Positions 9,335 through 19,068 of a stretch of 64,000 bases of DNA are shown piece by piece. Origin of the DNA: an uncultured Sediminibacterium sp. (GTDB taxonomy: Bacteria; Bacteroidota; Bacteroidia; Chitinophagales; Chitinophagaceae); NCBI GenBank assembly GCA_964637225.1, contig CAZWTV010000001.1, forward strand, positions 953 through 64,952, written 5' to 3'. Made by a program: the position numbers and the translations under genes. The first letter of the stretch is position 1. Each line of letters begins with the position of its first letter. The notes under the pieces were generated by a model. It had not been told where the DNA came from. It made no database searches and saw only the letters and a program-made list of their open reading frames with translations.

Positions 9335-10687
9335 ATGAATAAGAAATTAATTTGGATAAGCTTTGGAGTGATAGCTCTTATTGCTCTATTAATAGGGTTA
9401 AAAAAAGCTGGCGTTATTGGAAAAGTAGATGGTATTGAAGTGACTTCAGAAAAAGTACAATTAAGAACTATTACTGAATCGGTTAATGCGAGTGGTAAAG
9501 TATATCCAGAAGTAGAGGTAAAAGTTAGTCCCGATATTTCAGGAGAGATTGTAAATCTGTTTGTGGAAGAAGGAGATAAAGTAACGAAAGGTCAAGTGCT
9601 CGCTAAAATTTATGCCGATATTTATTCTTCACAAAGAGACCAAGTTACTGCCAATGTAAACCAAGTCAAGGCGCAATATGAGAACGTGAAAGCAGCCTTA
9701 AGTGGTTTAAAAACGGCTTATGAAAATAGTAAAGCTACCAACGAACGTTATAAGAAATTATTAGCTGATAAAATTGTTTCGAGAGCTGAATACGAACAAA
9801 CCGAACAAGCTTTTCGTTCTGCTGAATCTTCTTATAATTCTGCAAAAGAATCTATTAGAAGTGGAGAAGCTCAAATTCAAGGTGTGAAAGCACAGTTAGC
9901 AAGAGCAGAAAAAGATTTAGCTCGAACTATCATTACCTGTCCCATGGATGGCATTATTAGTTTGATGAATGTGAAAAAAGGAGAACGTGTTGTTGGAACG
10001 GCTCAAATGACGGGTACAGAAATGATGCGAGTAGCCGATATGAAAAGTATTGAAGTGAGAGTAGATGTAGGAGAAAATGATATTACTAAAGTGAAATTGG
10101 GTGATACTGCATTAGTTGAAGTGGATGCCTATAACAATAGAAAATTTAAAGGAATTGTATATAAAATAGCCAATCCAATTACATCTACCACCAATACCAC
10201 TACCTCTACTGCAGAAGTAGCAAATTATAAAGTACATATTAGATTACTAACTGAAAGCTATGCCGATTTAGTAAAGGATAATAATATTTTTCCTTTTAGA
10301 CCTGGTATGACGGCTAGTGCAGATATTCAAACTAAATCAAAAACAAATGTAGTGGCTGTGCCATTAAATGCAGTTACTACGAGAGATAAAGATGGCATGG
10401 GTAAAGATACAAAAGTGGGTGCCGTAAAAAACGACGATAAAGCGCCAGAAAAAACAGCAAAAGATGAAGATTTATCAGAAGTAGTATTTGTTTTAGAAAA
10501 AGATAATAAAGTAAAAATGGTGAAAGTGAAAACAGATATTCAAGATCTTAATTACATTGAAGTAACTGGATTGAAAGTGGGGGATGAGGTTATTACGGGT
10601 CCTTATAGTATTGTAAGTAAAATCTTAAAAGAGGGGTCTCAAGTAAAAGTGGTGAGTAAAGAAAAGCTCTTTGAGGAAAAGAAATAA
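9335..10687 (+). CDS. Efflux periplasmic adaptor (HlyD/MacA-type membrane fusion protein)
   Basis: 450 aa; N-terminal TM anchor, lipoyl-like half motifs, long coiled-coil hairpin, beta-barrel region. Confidence 0.85.
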   Translation: MNKKLIWISFGVIALIALLIGLKKAGVIGKVDGIEVTSEKVQLRTITESVNASGKVYPEVEVKVSPDISGEIVNLFVEEGDKVTKGQVLAKIYADIYSSQRDQVTANVNQVKAQYENVKAALSGLKTAYENSKATNERYKKLLADKIVSRAEYEQTEQAFRSAESSYNSAKESIRSGEAQIQGVKAQLARAEKDLARTIITCPMDGIISLMNVKKGERVVGTAQMTGTEMMRVADMKSIEVRVDVGENDITKVKLGDTALVEVDAYNNRKFKGIVYKIANPITSTTNTTTSTAEVANYKVHIRLLTESYADLVKDNNIFPFRPGMTASADIQTKSKTNVVAVPLNAVTTRDKDGMGKDTKVGAVKNDDKAPEKTAKDEDLSEVVFVLEKDNKVKMVKVKTDIQDLNYIEVTGLKVGDEVITGPYSIVSKILKEGSQVKVVSKEKLFEEKK

Positions 10688-10702
10688 GTATTAAAAAAGT
10701 CC

Positions 10703-10738
10703 AAAAAGGGGTACTATTTTAAATAGTGCCCCTTTTTT
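10703..10738 (+). terminator. Intrinsic terminator after adaptor gene
   Basis: GGGGTACTAT / ATAGTGCCCC stem (one G-U pair) with A-tract 5' and T6 3'. Confidence 0.85.
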
Positions 10739-10748
10739 ATTTGTTTTG

Positions 10749-10756
10749 TATGTTTG
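10749..10756 (+). promoter_or_regulatory. -7 promoter box (TATGTTTG) for gpsA; predicted leaderless mRNA
   Basis: Exact TAnnTTTG, only 4 nt before ATG 10761. Confidence 0.5.
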
Positions 10757-10760
10757 TGTT

Positions 10761-11774
10761 ATGGAAAAGAGTCGTATTGGTATAATAGGGAGTGGTAGTT
10801 GGGCTACGGCAATTGCAAAAATAGTAGCAGATAATGGGTATTCTATGAATTGGTGGGTACGTCAGTCTTCCAATATTGAATACTTTATAAAAAGACATCA
10901 TAATCCACATTACCTTAGAAATACTTATTTCAATGTTTCTACTATTCATTTTACTACTAGTGTAAATAATTTAGTAGCAGCATCAGACATAATTATAATT
11001 GCCGTTCCTTCGATACATGTGGTGGCAGCGTTAGAAGGGCTAGAGGTAAGTGCCTTTAAAAATAAAAAAATTGTGTCTGCCGTAAAAGGAGTATTACCTC
11101 ATCATAACTTACTGCTAAATCAATATTTAGAAAAACAATTTGATTTTTCATTAGATCAATACTTCACCTTATTGGGTCCGAGTCATGCAGAAGAAGTAGC
11201 AGCAGAACAACTTTCCTATTTAACTTTTTCAGGAGTCAATGCCGAAGATACAGAGCAAATAGCTTCTTATTTTAAAACCGAATACATTAATACAAGAATT
11301 AATAAGGATGTTTGGGGTGTACAATATGCGGGAGTGGCCAAAAATATATACGCCCTAGGTGCAGGTATTGCACATGGTTTAGAATACGGAGATAATTTTT
11401 TAAGTGTATTTATTGCGAATGCAGCTCAAGAAATGGATTGTTTATTATCTGCTATACAGCAAACAAAATACGAAACAGAAAAAAATATAATTCATACAAG
11501 TTCTGTCTACTTAGGAGACCTACTGGTGACTTGTTATTCTTTGCATAGTAGAAACAGAACTTTTGGCAATATGATTGGTAAGGGTTACACAGTTAAAGCT
11601 GCAGAATTAGAACTTAATATGGTAGCGGAGGGGTATAATGCCAGTAAATGTATTATGATCATCAATGAATCGCTTCAATTGAATTTACCTATTATCAAAG
11701 CTATATATCAAATATTATGGGAAGGGCAGGATCCTTCAAGCACCTTCAAACATTTAGAAAGTATTTTGATCTAA
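10761..11774 (+). CDS. gpsA: NAD(P)H-dependent glycerol-3-phosphate dehydrogenase
   Basis: Start at MEKSRIGIIGSGSWATA (Rossmann motif at the extreme N-terminus, as in GpsA). Confidence 0.9.
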   Translation: MEKSRIGIIGSGSWATAIAKIVADNGYSMNWWVRQSSNIEYFIKRHHNPHYLRNTYFNVSTIHFTTSVNNLVAASDIIIIAVPSIHVVAALEGLEVSAFKNKKIVSAVKGVLPHHNLLLNQYLEKQFDFSLDQYFTLLGPSHAEEVAAEQLSYLTFSGVNAEDTEQIASYFKTEYINTRINKDVWGVQYAGVAKNIYALGAGIAHGLEYGDNFLSVFIANAAQEMDCLLSAIQQTKYETEKNIIHTSSVYLGDLLVTCYSLHSRNRTFGNMIGKGYTVKAAELELNMVAEGYNASKCIMIINESLQLNLPIIKAIYQILWEGQDPSSTFKHLESILI

Positions 11775-11800
11775 GAATTTTTTTGTTTAGTTTTTTAGCA

Positions 11801-12931
11801 TTATCCCTCCATCCAAAAAAAATCACAGGCTATCCCATCAGCTAAAAATTTAGCCTCTTTTTGAAGTGTAAAACCATCTTGCGTGGCTTTTATATAGTTT
11901 AGCTTTTCAAATTTTTTTATAAGTGGTTGACAGTGTTCCCAGAAGGTTTCTCCAAAAAAGTTTTTGATATAAGACATAGAAAAGCCTTCGCTTTTTCTAA
12001 GTGATATCATCATATATTCATTGAATTGTTGAGCAAGGGTAAGATTTTCAATTTCAAAAGGAACCACCCTATTTTTTATAGATTGTATATAGAGCTGATT
12101 ATTGGCAATATTCCATTGTCTTTGCTGTCTGTTATATGAATGTGCGGAGGGGCCTAAGCCTAGATAAGGAATTTGATTCCAATAATTACTATTGTGCTTA
12201 CTTCTAAAGCCTGGCATGGCGAAATTAGAAATTTCATAATGCTCAAAACCTGCTGCTTCTAGTTTATTGACAACAATATCAAATTGTCTCGCCTGCTGTG
12301 GGATATCTATAGCATCTATTTTATTTTTTTCAATCATTGAAAAAAGAGCTGTTTTTTCTTCCACGGTTAATGCATAACAAGAAATATGATTAATATTATT
12401 ATCTAGCAGTTGATCAATATCTGCTTTTAATTCATCATCACTTACGTGTGGAGTGCCATAGATAAGATCGGCGCTTATATTTTTAAATCCAACTTTTTTT
12501 ACAATTTGAATGGCTTGATGAGCTTGCTGCAAGCTATGTACTCTATTCATCCATTCCAATGCATGGGCTTGAAAACTTTGAATGCCCATACTTAGCCTAT
12601 TCACTCCCACTGCTAGCCAGGATTCAGCCATAGTTTCAGTTACATCGTCGGGATTTACTTCTAATGTAAATTCAATCTCATGGTTTAATTTGAAATGCTT
12701 TTTTATACTTTGAACTATTAATTTTAACTCATTTATACTTAACAAAGAAGGGGTGCCTCCCCCGAAATATAGCGTTTCAATAGGTTCTTGTAAGTAGTAT
12801 TTTTGAAGTTCTATTTCATCCAATAGTGACTGAGTAAATGCAGGTATATATTCTGTTTGGGTAGAAAAATGGAAATTACAATAATGACAAGCTTTTTTGC
12901 AAAAAGGAATATGAATGTAAATACCGGCCAT
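11801..12931 (-). CDS. hemW: Radical SAM heme chaperone / oxygen-independent coproporphyrinogen oxidase-like protein
   Basis: 376 aa; CxxxCxxC radical SAM motif (FCKKACHYCNF), HemN_C-like C-terminus. Confidence 0.85.
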   Translation of the reverse strand: MAGIYIHIPFCKKACHYCNFHFSTQTEYIPAFTQSLLDEIELQKYYLQEPIETLYFGGGTPSLLSINELKLIVQSIKKHFKLNHEIEFTLEVNPDDVTETMAESWLAVGVNRLSMGIQSFQAHALEWMNRVHSLQQAHQAIQIVKKVGFKNISADLIYGTPHVSDDELKADIDQLLDNNINHISCYALTVEEKTALFSMIEKNKIDAIDIPQQARQFDIVVNKLEAAGFEHYEISNFAMPGFRSKHNSNYWNQIPYLGLGPSAHSYNRQQRQWNIANNQLYIQSIKNRVVPFEIENLTLAQQFNEYMMISLRKSEGFSMSYIKNFFGETFWEHCQPLIKKFEKLNYIKATQDGFTLQKEAKFLADGIACDFFWMEG

Positions 12932-12947
12932 AAGTATGCTTAGACAA

Positions 12948-12955
12948 CAAAGCTA
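12948..12955 (-). promoter_or_regulatory. -7 promoter box (TAGCTTTG) for hemW
   Basis: Exact TAnnTTTG on minus strand, 16 nt upstream of ATG 12931. Confidence 0.5.
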
Positions 12956-12987
12956 GCCATAAGTTATTAATTATGCACCAGGTGCCT

Positions 12988-12995
12988 TATTTTTG
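12988..12995 (+). promoter_or_regulatory. -7 promoter box (TATTTTTG, extended TTTGCAG) for DUF4271-like gene
   Basis: Exact TAnnTTTG 6 nt before ATG 13002. Confidence 0.5.
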
Positions 12996-13001
12996 CAGTA
13001 A

Positions 13002-14018
13002 ATGATTTTGACTTTTAAAAAAGCATTTTTTCTTCTTGGATCTTTGTTTTTTCTTTTTGCTTCGGCTCAAAGACCTGCTACTTTTTCTTTGGTAGATTCT
13101 TCTCAAATACAACAAGATTCTAGTGTTAAAAAAGATACCCTACGCATTCAGTATATTGTAGCATTACCCCGCACTTATCAAAAAGCCGATGCTTGGTTTA
13201 TGCAAGAGCAATTAGATTTGAAAGCCGATAGCACTCTTAATTATTTAAAATCATACAAAGAATATTATAGTAATAAAAAGAATGCTTTTAAATTATACGA
13301 TCAAAATTTATTGACTAATAGGGGTACTCAAATTATCTATAAAATTGAACAACGTTATGCAGTAGCAGATAAAGATGCGTTATTTTATTTAATAGTGGGT
13401 ATTATTCTTATCTATGGATTTGTGCATAACATGTATCCACAATATTTTCAGAAATTATTTAGTCAATTTAGTCAATCATCTATGCGCATGATACAAAATA
13501 GAGAGCAATTATTGAATAGTAGTTTTGCTTCTTTATTATTAAATCTTTGTTTTATTCTTAGTTTTTCATTGATGGTAACATTGCTTATTCATAGTCGCCA
13601 TTTATTGCCCATTTCTTTTTGGTTAGTCTATTTTTATATATGTTTATTTTTTACTTGTTTGTATGTAGGTAAATATATTTCTCTGGAATTGGCAGGCCTT
13701 ATTTTTAGTACGAAGGAATTAGTAAAGACTTATATTTTTGTAGTTTTTTTGATTAACAAAGTCTTAGGAGTGTTTCTCATACCCTTTATTCTAATTTTGG
13801 CATTTGCCAAACCTATTTACTTTCCTTGGGCAATTGCAGGGGCGGCAGGGCTATCTGTGCTACTTTTCCTATATAGATATTTATTCTCTCTTACTTCTGT
13901 AAGAAACAAATTGCATATATCATCCTTTCATTTTTTTCTTTACCTTTGTGCCTTCGAAATATTACCCATTTTGATTTTATATAAATTAGTGGTGCAATAT
14001 TTTGGTGGAACCTATTAA
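13002..14018 (+). CDS. Polytopic membrane protein, DUF4271-like
   Basis: 338 aa; signal peptide, about 120-aa soluble region, then 6 or more TM segments; recalled as the family usually found next to hemD in Bacteroidota (not verifiable here). Confidence 0.6.
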   Translation: MILTFKKAFFLLGSLFFLFASAQRPATFSLVDSSQIQQDSSVKKDTLRIQYIVALPRTYQKADAWFMQEQLDLKADSTLNYLKSYKEYYSNKKNAFKLYDQNLLTNRGTQIIYKIEQRYAVADKDALFYLIVGIILIYGFVHNMYPQYFQKLFSQFSQSSMRMIQNREQLLNSSFASLLLNLCFILSFSLMVTLLIHSRHLLPISFWLVYFYICLFFTCLYVGKYISLELAGLIFSTKELVKTYIFVVFLINKVLGVFLIPFILILAFAKPIYFPWAIAGAAGLSVLLFLYRYLFSLTSVRNKLHISSFHFFLYLCAFEILPILILYKLVVQYFGGTY

Positions 14019-14045
14019 TTGCTGAATTATATAAATGGCATAGAA

Positions 14046-14837
14046 ATGAGTGTAGAAAAAAAGGTAGTACCTGCGAAGTCCATTAAAAAAATTTTGATTT
14101 CACAGGCACGTCCAGAAAGTGAAAAATCTCCTTATTTTGATTTAGAAAAAAAGCATAAAGTATCGCTTCATTTTCATCCCTTGATTCAATTAGTGCCCAT
14201 ACCTTCTAAGGAATTTAGAAAATTTAAATTAGATATTGCGGCTTTCACCGCTGTAGTGTTTACAAGTAAAAATGCAATAGATCATTTTTTTAGAACCTGC
14301 GACGAATTAAAAGTGAATATTAACCAGGATACAAAATATTTCTGTATCACGGAATCGGTGGCCCTTTATTTGCAGAAATTTATCATGTATCGAAAGCGTA
14401 AAGTTTTCTTTGGTGCAGATGGATCTAACAAAAAGCTATTTGATGTGTTAAATAAACATAAGAGTAATGAAAACTTCTTATATGTTTGTAGCGAAAATCA
14501 GCAAGACAATGAAATTGTAAATTGGTTAAAAGATCATGAATGTAAGTTCGACCTTGGATATATGTATAGAACTGAATTTAGTGATATTAAAAAGGTTTTT
14601 AATGAACACAGTTTTGATGTTATCTGTTTATTTACTCCCAGCGGCTTGAAAAGTTTATTTCAAAATATGCCCCATTTCAAACAAAATGGAACGGTAATTG
14701 GCGCCTTTGGTTCTAGTACTTGTAAAGCTGTAGAAGAGGCAGGGCTTCAATTACATATTAGAGTACCCAGTCCACAAACCCCGAGTATGATTGCTGGTTT
14801 AGAACAATATCTTTCTTCGAATACTAAAAAGAAATAA
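14046..14837 (+). CDS. hemD: Uroporphyrinogen-III synthase
   Basis: Start moved to ATG 14046 (MSVEKK..); HEM4-like two-lobed sequence of about 260 aa. Confidence 0.75.
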   Translation: MSVEKKVVPAKSIKKILISQARPESEKSPYFDLEKKHKVSLHFHPLIQLVPIPSKEFRKFKLDIAAFTAVVFTSKNAIDHFFRTCDELKVNINQDTKYFCITESVALYLQKFIMYRKRKVFFGADGSNKKLFDVLNKHKSNENFLYVCSENQQDNEIVNWLKDHECKFDLGYMYRTEFSDIKKVFNEHSFDVICLFTPSGLKSLFQNMPHFKQNGTVIGAFGSSTCKAVEEAGLQLHIRVPSPQTPSMIAGLEQYLSSNTKKK

Positions 14838-14852
14838 ATAAATTGCATTCCC

Positions 14853-16883
14853 ATGAATGCAGAAAATAAACGCAGCAATAATCTTGTACACGAGACTAGC
14901 CCTTATTTACTGCAACATGCTTACAACCCAGTACTCTGGGAGCCTTGGTCTGAAACTACCTTAGCACTTGCAAAAAATCAAAATAAGCCTATATTATTAA
15001 GTATTGGTTATGCCGCCTGTCATTGGTGTCATGTGATGGAAAGAGAAAGCTTTGAAGATGAGCAGGTAGCCCAATTCATGAATGCTCATTTTATTTGTAT
15101 AAAAGTAGATAGAGAAGAAAGACCGGATATTGATCATATTTACATGGACGCTTTACAAGCCATGACTGGTGCTGGCGGTTGGCCTTTAAATATTTTTTTA
15201 TTACCCAATGCGAAACCTTTTTATGGAGGTACTTATTTTCCTCCAAAGGGTATGCCACAGAGAGCTTCTTGGATGGATGTTTTGATAGGAGTTAAAAATG
15301 CTTTTGATAATAATTTTGAAAAATTAGAAGAACAAGCCAATGCTCTTACACAGCATTTGGTGAGAAATATTATTATACCTACACCAACGACTACTGAAAA
15401 TTCTATAGGCGACCATTTAGTGACCAAAGAAGAAGTTGCTTTATTGGCACAACGTATTTTACAACAAGCAGATACGCAGTGGGGAGGTTTTGGAAGTGCA
15501 CCTAAATTTCCTCAAACCTTTGTGCTACAAATGTTATTTAGAAATTATTTTTTTAATAATCATGAAGCGTCATTAGTGCATGCCATTCGCACTATTGATA
15601 AAATGATTCAAGGAGGTATTTACGATCATTTAGCAGGAGGCTTTGCAAGATATAGTACTGATGCACAGTGGCAGGTGCCTCATTTTGAAAAAATGCTTTA
15701 TGATAATGCTTTAATGATAACAGTAATTGCAGAAGCGTATCAGATTACTCAAAAACCAGCTTATAAAAAAGTAATCGAACAAACCATACATTTTTTAGAA
15801 ACTGAATTAAGTCATCTTCAAGGTGGCTTCTATGCAGCTTTAGACGCCGATAGTGAAGCAGTGGAAGGTAAATTTTATACTTGGACTTATGAAGAAATTA
15901 AAAGTATTGTAGCACCTTCTATTTTTGAGCATTTTTGTAACTATTATCAAATAACAGAACTAGGTAATTGGGAGCATACCAATATTTTATGGACTCAAGA
16001 AAAAATGGAAGAGGGTATGCATGATGAATTTGAAAAGGCAAGACAGGCGCTCTTGCAGGTAAGAGCAAATAGAACTAGGCCTGCTTTGGATTATAAAATT
16101 ATTTTAGCTTGGAATAATTTAATGATTTCAGGACTTTGTAAAGCTTATGAAGCTTTGGGTAATGTTACTTATAAGCAAAAGGCAATGGATACCATGTATT
16201 GGATAGAACAAAATATGTTAAACATAGAAGAAAATTATTTTTATCATACACATACCATCGGACATAATAAATCATTTGCTTTTTTAGATGACTATGCAAG
16301 TTTAATACAAGCTTATATTCATTTGCAAGAAATCACAGGTGAAGTTGTCTATATTGAGAAAGCAGTAAAATGGATGCAATATGTTCAAGAAAATTTTATA
16401 GCGGAAGATGAAACATTTTTTTATTATACTCCCGTTTATCAAAAAGATATCCTAGTTAGAAAAATAGAAAATTACGATGGCGCACAGCCAAGTGGCAATT
16501 CTATGATTTGTGCCTGTTTGTATTACCTAGGAACCTTGCTTGAAAAGCAGGATTGGTTATTACAATCTGAAAAAATGATAAAATCAATGCATACATTAAT
16601 TTTACAATATCCCACTGCTTATAGTAATTGGGCAAAAATTTTAGGTATCATGACAGAAGGTTATTTGTCCTTGGTAGCGGTGGGCCCACTAGTGAGAAAT
16701 AACATAGATCCCTTACTATTTAAGTTTTTGCCACATAGAATGCTTTTATTTTTACCTCGAAATTCCTCTATGATTCCCCTGAGTTCTACAATACAAAATA
16801 TTGAAAATCAATATTTTATATGTAAGAATAAAACATGTTATCCTCCTGTATCAACTCTTAATGATTTTTTAGCAAAAATCTAA
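14853..16883 (+). CDS. Thioredoxin-domain protein, YyaL/DUF255 family
   Basis: 676 aa; N-terminal thioredoxin-like CHWCHVM motif followed by an (alpha/alpha)6-like region. Confidence 0.85.
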   Translation: MNAENKRSNNLVHETSPYLLQHAYNPVLWEPWSETTLALAKNQNKPILLSIGYAACHWCHVMERESFEDEQVAQFMNAHFICIKVDREERPDIDHIYMDALQAMTGAGGWPLNIFLLPNAKPFYGGTYFPPKGMPQRASWMDVLIGVKNAFDNNFEKLEEQANALTQHLVRNIIIPTPTTTENSIGDHLVTKEEVALLAQRILQQADTQWGGFGSAPKFPQTFVLQMLFRNYFFNNHEASLVHAIRTIDKMIQGGIYDHLAGGFARYSTDAQWQVPHFEKMLYDNALMITVIAEAYQITQKPAYKKVIEQTIHFLETELSHLQGGFYAALDADSEAVEGKFYTWTYEEIKSIVAPSIFEHFCNYYQITELGNWEHTNILWTQEKMEEGMHDEFEKARQALLQVRANRTRPALDYKIILAWNNLMISGLCKAYEALGNVTYKQKAMDTMYWIEQNMLNIEENYFYHTHTIGHNKSFAFLDDYASLIQAYIHLQEITGEVVYIEKAVKWMQYVQENFIAEDETFFYYTPVYQKDILVRKIENYDGAQPSGNSMICACLYYLGTLLEKQDWLLQSEKMIKSMHTLILQYPTAYSNWAKILGIMTEGYLSLVAVGPLVRNNIDPLLFKFLPHRMLLFLPRNSSMIPLSSTIQNIENQYFICKNKTCYPPVSTLNDFLAKI

Positions 16884-16909
16884 CAACAAATGTTTTAATT
16901 TGCATTACC

Positions 16910-16917
16910 CATTTTTG
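16910..16917 (+). promoter_or_regulatory. Possible -7 box (CATTTTTG, near-consensus) upstream of gldK operon
   Basis: One mismatch to TAnnTTTG but shares the extended ATTTTTGCAGT with the box at 12988; would give a 5' UTR of about 110 nt. Confidence 0.3.
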
Positions 16918-17027
16918 CAGTGAGAATCAATGCTTTCTGTCGAAATTTAGAACTAATTTTTCTATATTAAATTAAAATTTTAATAAAAAATATTCGTTCT
17001 ACGGGAAACCACCGGAAAATATAAATT

Positions 17028-18296
17028 ATGATTACAAGATTGAAGAAATTTTCTTTTAAACTACCCTTAGTCTTACTTACTATTGTTTTAAGTTCTATTG
17101 GCATATTATCATTCAAGCCTAATAAGTTTCGTTCCGATCCAAATATGGTTTTAATCCCAAGCGGTTCTTTTTATATGGGGCCCAGTGATGAGCAAATAGA
17201 TATGTCTATGATCAATAGAAAAAAATTAGTTTCTATACAAAGTTTTTGGATGGATCGAACTGAAGTAACGAATCAACAATACCGCAAATTTGTAAAGTAT
17301 GTGTCTGATTCTTTAAAATATTTAGCAGTATTTGGAGGAGGGGTGAATCAAACAGAAGATACAATAAAAGTAGATTGGAATAGAGCTTTAAGAATTAATC
17401 CCAACAGCAAGGCGGTTATTGAAAAATTAAATGAACTTTTATTAAGCCCTGATAATCGTATTCAAGGTAAAATTGAAATAGATCCTACTAAATTAATTTA
17501 CAGGTATGCTTATGTCGATTTAAGAGCTGCAGCCAGAGCTTCCAAAGGACTGGAACAACCATTGAGTAATTTTTTGGTTTCTCAAACCGAACCAGTTTAT
17601 CCTGATACATTGGTATGGATGAGAGATTTTTCTTATTCCTATAATGAGCCATTTACTCGTTTATATTTTTCTCATCCTTCTTACAATGAATATCCTGTGG
17701 TAGGTGTTACTTGGAAACAAGCAGTGGCCTTTTGTCATTGGAGAACCAACAATAGTAATTTTTATTTAAATAAAGGAAATAAGAAAGAAGAAAAAATTGA
17801 TGGCATTTACCGTTTGCCTACTGAAGCTGAATGGGAGTATGCGGCAAGAGGTAATTCTAAAACGAATGCCATGTATCCTTGGGGGTCTCCTTATACCAAA
17901 ACCAAAGAAGGAAGGTTATTAGCTAATTTCAAACCAGGAAGAGGAGATTATTTTGGAGGTGATGCTAAGAATGATAACATATACACTACTAAAGTGCAAT
18001 CATTCACAGAAAATGGTTATAAATTATTTGATATGGCAGGCAATGTGGCTGAGTGGACAAGTTCTGTATATTATGAGGGTAGTAATAATTTTTTAGGAGA
18101 CTTTAGTCCAGATATTCAATATAATGCTAAAGAGGATGACCCTATTTCTATGAAAAGAAAAGTTATAAGAGGAGGCTCATGGAAAGATATTGCGTATAAC
18201 TGCCAAGTAAGCACTAGAAATTATGAATACCAAGATACCGCTAAATCTTATATTGGATTTAGATGTGTGTTGTCAATGGCTCCTAGAGTTAATTAA
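17028..18296 (+). CDS. gldK: Gliding motility / type IX secretion protein GldK (PorK)
   Basis: 422 aa; FGE-sulfatase (SUMF1) domain motifs (RGGSWKD, IGFRCV); first gene of a K-L-M-N array. Confidence 0.85.
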   Translation: MITRLKKFSFKLPLVLLTIVLSSIGILSFKPNKFRSDPNMVLIPSGSFYMGPSDEQIDMSMINRKKLVSIQSFWMDRTEVTNQQYRKFVKYVSDSLKYLAVFGGGVNQTEDTIKVDWNRALRINPNSKAVIEKLNELLLSPDNRIQGKIEIDPTKLIYRYAYVDLRAAARASKGLEQPLSNFLVSQTEPVYPDTLVWMRDFSYSYNEPFTRLYFSHPSYNEYPVVGVTWKQAVAFCHWRTNNSNFYLNKGNKKEEKIDGIYRLPTEAEWEYAARGNSKTNAMYPWGSPYTKTKEGRLLANFKPGRGDYFGGDAKNDNIYTTKVQSFTENGYKLFDMAGNVAEWTSSVYYEGSNNFLGDFSPDIQYNAKEDDPISMKRKVIRGGSWKDIAYNCQVSTRNYEYQDTAKSYIGFRCVLSMAPRVN

Positions 18297-18342
18297 TTTC
18301 ATTTTACTGTAATTGTAACAAATAAAAATTTAAATATTTCAA

Positions 18343-19026
18343 ATGTCAAATTCAATTTCTCCAAGAACAAATAAAATTATCAACGTTGTTTTCTCTTTGG
18401 GAGCAGCTGTTGTAATCATTGCCACTTTAGCAAAAATTATACATCTTTCTTGGGCCGATTATGCATTAATTACTGGTTTCGTTACAGAAGCCGCCATATT
18501 TACCATTTATGCTTTTTTACCACCCCCAGAAGTAGGTGATGCTACTCATGCTCCACAAGCGGGTGCAGTAGACTCAGTGATGGCACATTTAGAAGCAGCT
18601 AAATTAGATGGAGCCGCTTTTGAAAAGTTAAGCAATAGTTTTCAACGCTTAAATGACACTGCTATGTATTTGGGAGATTTAGCAGATATGTCAAAGGCAA
18701 GTAAAGATTTTACAAATAATATCAAAGAGGCGTCAACTACTTTGGTTTCTATTAAGGATTCAGCGGGAGCGGTATCTGCTAATTTGGGAAGTTTTGCTTT
18801 AACTACTGAAGGAGTTAAAAACATAAATGATCAGTTTGTAATAATGAGTAAAAGTATGGAAGCTATGAATGCTTATTATGCTAAACTTACTGAAGCTTCA
18901 AATGCTATGTCAAGTTCTGCTCAAGATGCCATAAGAGCCAAAGAACAAATTGCTTTATTAGCAGATAATCTTACTCAATTAAATAAAGTATATAGCAACA
19001 TGCTTACTGCTATGCAAGGACGTTAA
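18343..19026 (+). CDS. gldL: Gliding motility / T9SS motor protein GldL (PorL)
   Basis: 227 aa; two N-terminal TM helices with a conserved Glu in TM2 (FVTEAAIF), then coiled cytoplasmic tail. Confidence 0.85.
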   Translation: MSNSISPRTNKIINVVFSLGAAVVIIATLAKIIHLSWADYALITGFVTEAAIFTIYAFLPPPEVGDATHAPQAGAVDSVMAHLEAAKLDGAAFEKLSNSFQRLNDTAMYLGDLADMSKASKDFTNNIKEASTTLVSIKDSAGAVSANLGSFALTTEGVKNINDQFVIMSKSMEAMNAYYAKLTEASNAMSSSAQDAIRAKEQIALLADNLTQLNKVYSNMLTAMQGR

Positions 19027-19068
19027 TCCAATCATTCAAAATTTTCAATTTATTAAAATTTAGTATAG

